This document shows positions 61,697 to 64,000 of a stretch of 64,000 bases of DNA, in pieces; positions within the stretch are counted from its first letter, which is position 1, and each line of letters opens with the position of its first letter. Position numbers and translations under genes: made by a program. Below the pieces are notes generated by a model, which saw only the letters and a list, made by a program, of their open reading frames with translations, ran no database searches and was not told where the DNA came from. This DNA is from Coraliomargarita sp. (lineage in GTDB: Bacteria; Verrucomicrobiota; Verrucomicrobiia; Opitutales; Coraliomargaritaceae), in contig OZ244160.1 of the NCBI GenBank assembly GCA_965216325.1, positions 384,001 to 448,000 of the forward strand, read 5' to 3'.

Positions 61697-64000
61697 ATGA
61701 AATTGTTGAAATCTGATTTAAAAAACATACTAATTGCCTACGTTTTATTTTGTATATCGATGCTAGGCAACACTCTTGTCGCGCAAGAGTACTCGTTTGG
61801 TAATGAGCGTTTAACTCTGACCATAGGCGCCGATGGCTTGCTGAAGAATGCAAGCTCTTATGGAACTAATTTGTCCGGAGATTTCAGTGAACTTGGTTCG
61901 CTTTTTCGAGTTGAACTATTGGAGAACGTTTACGGTCTTGAGGATGGAACACGCAGAACACTCGACCTACGGCCGATTGCGGAAGACAATGGGGTGATCA
62001 CTCTCGTACCCGAGACGGAGAGTTTGCCGCAGTTTACGTTCACAACCATCGATAAGGGGGCCTATTTTGTGCTGGAGCTTACCTCCATGCAGAATCCCAC
62101 GCAGGAGCATGCAATCGAACTGACCATGGTGGATATTGACGGTACCTATTGGCTGCCTCTTGACAGCGTAACTAAGAAGACCACCAGACGGGGAAACAAT
62201 CCCACTTTCATGGGTGTCCTGCAAAGAAGTCCACAGAACCCACTGGGCAGCATTGCGATGTGGACTCCAGGTGAGGATTGGGATGACGTTCTTTATCAAA
62301 TCTGGACGACAGAAGACATCCCGCATCCGAAAGTTGATGGAGAATGGACCATTGAACGGGCACAAGAGTGGATTGCTGAATATATAAGCGTCATACGCGG
62401 GGAGTCTGCCAACGAGTCAGCTTCTCAAGGCAATGTCGGTTATCACAACCAGATGATCATCGGACCTAAAGCACCCGAAGATCTCCAGCCGCTTGTTGAT
62501 GTAGCTACAGCATTTGGTATGAATTATATATATATGCATCTGAACTCCTGGGCGGGTAGATATTGGCCCAGTGACAGGGATAACTGGGATGTGAATCTGG
62601 ATGTTTTCTCCGGAGGTCAACAGGATATGTTCAACTTTGCAGACAGTCTTCAAAGTGAGGGTAAACGGCTCACGTACAGGACACTCAGTTACGGACTGGG
62701 CCTAGAACACCCGGAATACCTGGCGAAGGATAATATCAACACGAACCTGGCTTCCTGGTGGCAGGGTACTTTGGCCGGGGATATAGACACCAGTGCGACG
62801 GAAATTACGGTGGCACAGGGCAACGAACACTTCACGCATTATGATGCGGACCGCCGTTGGTCGGAAATTTTCAACATGAAGCTCATGCAGATTGGCAATG
62901 AACTTGTTACTTTTCAATCGTACGTGAATAATGGGGACGGGACGTGGACACTGCATGGGTGTGTGCGTGGAATTGGTAGAACAGAGGCGGTCGCCCACAC
63001 GGGTGGTGAGGTCGCGAAAGGACTCTATCGAATCTACGGTCAGGCACTTGCTCCGGATCCCGACAGCATCTTGCTGGAGGAGATGGCCCAGCGTCATGCT
63101 CAATTCCTGAATGACACCAAAGCAGCTGAGGCGAGTTTTGATGGCGTGGAAGTGCACGAAATGATGTATTATTATGGGGACACGAAGTATACAGGAGAAG
63201 TATACAGCCGCCTGGACCACCCGGTTTTAGGCTCCACTTCCGGAGCTCAGTTAACCTGGGGGTTCTACGAGACCTTATTCAATGCCGTCAGAGATGTGGA
63301 TAACACCGGCGGTCTTGAGATTCCCATAGGAATACCATACGCCGCAGACATGAAGATCGGTCTGCATCAAAGCCACTGGAATGCGAGTAGCCCGTATGCT
63401 TATGCATGGGCAATTCCTGCAAATGCCGCCGCAGGTAATGCAATTCAACTCTCCGGACAGGATGGTTTTCAAAACGTAACCATGGAGATGATCAATAACC
63501 ATGGGCTTGTTGACCATTATGCACAAGTATGTAATCAGTGGAGCAGGTGGGGTTCAGACCTTCCAACAGAGATCAAGGAACGGATATTCTCATCATGGCG
63601 TGCGTTACCTGGCCAGAGATATAGCTTGGTTGACGAAACATTCCGTTTTGAAGGGGAAGAGGACAACCTCTATATCGTTCCATTCAGGATGTTGATGCAG
63701 ACGAACGGACTCGATAAAACCTGGACCTATTTTCAGGAGCACGGAACCGTTTACCCCTATCAATATTTCCGCCCGGGGCAGAGTGAGACCATGGTCGTCC
63801 ATAATCCCTATCACTGTCAGAACCCCGAGTTTATTATACGGGTGATGTCGGACTTTGACCGGGAGATCACTGAAGGCAGTAGTCATCTGATTACCCCTGA
63901 TCCGTCGGCAATTGTAAACAAGGGGATCCACTCCTTTGACCCGGATGGAGCCGGAGTCAGGATTTCGGTGACGAATGATGCAAGCGAAGTTTTGACGGTG
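61697..64000 (+). CDS. Large secreted protein of an unassigned GH-like family (paralogue 3), runs off window end
   Basis: Not in ORF track. Manual translation MKLLKSDLKNILIAYVLFCISMLGNTLVAQEYSFGNERL...PHPKVDGEWTIER...YMHLNSWAGRYW...SFDGVEVHE is collinear with 29898..32942. Confidence 0.85.
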   Translation, partial: MKLLKSDLKNILIAYVLFCISMLGNTLVAQEYSFGNERLTLTIGADGLLKNASSYGTNLSGDFSELGSLFRVELLENVYGLEDGTRRTLDLRPIAEDNGVITLVPETESLPQFTFTTIDKGAYFVLELTSMQNPTQEHAIELTMVDIDGTYWLPLDSVTKKTTRRGNNPTFMGVLQRSPQNPLGSIAMWTPGEDWDDVLYQIWTTEDIPHPKVDGEWTIERAQEWIAEYISVIRGESANESASQGNVGYHNQMIIGPKAPEDLQPLVDVATAFGMNYIYMHLNSWAGRYWPSDRDNWDVNLDVFSGGQQDMFNFADSLQSEGKRLTYRTLSYGLGLEHPEYLAKDNINTNLASWWQGTLAGDIDTSATEITVAQGNEHFTHYDADRRWSEIFNMKLMQIGNELVTFQSYVNNGDGTWTLHGCVRGIGRTEAVAHTGGEVAKGLYRIYGQALAPDPDSILLEEMAQRHAQFLNDTKAAEASFDGVEVHEMMYYYGDTKYTGEVYSRLDHPVLGSTSGAQLTWGFYETLFNAVRDVDNTGGLEIPIGIPYAADMKIGLHQSHWNASSPYAYAWAIPANAAAGNAIQLSGQDGFQNVTMEMINNHGLVDHYAQVCNQWSRWGSDLPTEIKERIFSSWRALPGQRYSLVDETFRFEGEEDNLYIVPFRMLMQTNGLDKTWTYFQEHGTVYPYQYFRPGQSETMVVHNPYHCQNPEFIIRVMSDFDREITEGSSHLITPDPSAIVNKGIHSFDPDGAGVRISVTNDASEVLTV

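Overview
A 64-kb accessory island for degrading sulfated polysaccharides, probably from a marine PVC-superphylum bacterium (Verrucomicrobiota/Opitutae-like; inferred from a PEP-CTERM protein, a PilX/Verru_Chthon-A-like protein and the enzyme set). It encodes GH31, GH2, GH127-like, GH63/MGH1-like, GH95, two GH29 and a GH141-like beta-helix enzyme. It also has seven sulfatase genes or fragments, GalM, a GPH sugar transporter, an AraC regulator, four Tat-exported Gfo/Idh/MocA oxidoreductases, three DUF1080 proteins and three paralogues of a large unassigned GH-like family. Notable structure read from the DNA: (1) a 20-bp palindrome, ACACGGYCRATYGRCCGTRT, occurs 8 times, always overlapping the first base of a sigma70-type -35 box, and two copies form a mirror-image bidirectional promoter; (2) genes look assembled from reusable modules, since near-identical promoter+signal-peptide and C-terminal-domain cassettes are joined to unrelated catalytic cores and bracket them as direct repeats; (3) there is heavy decay and remodelling (IS3, ISL3, IS5 and IS66 elements or remnants, nonsense and frameshift lesions, chimeric fragments, REP-like palindromes). 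Family assignments are by motif recognition only; no database search was run.
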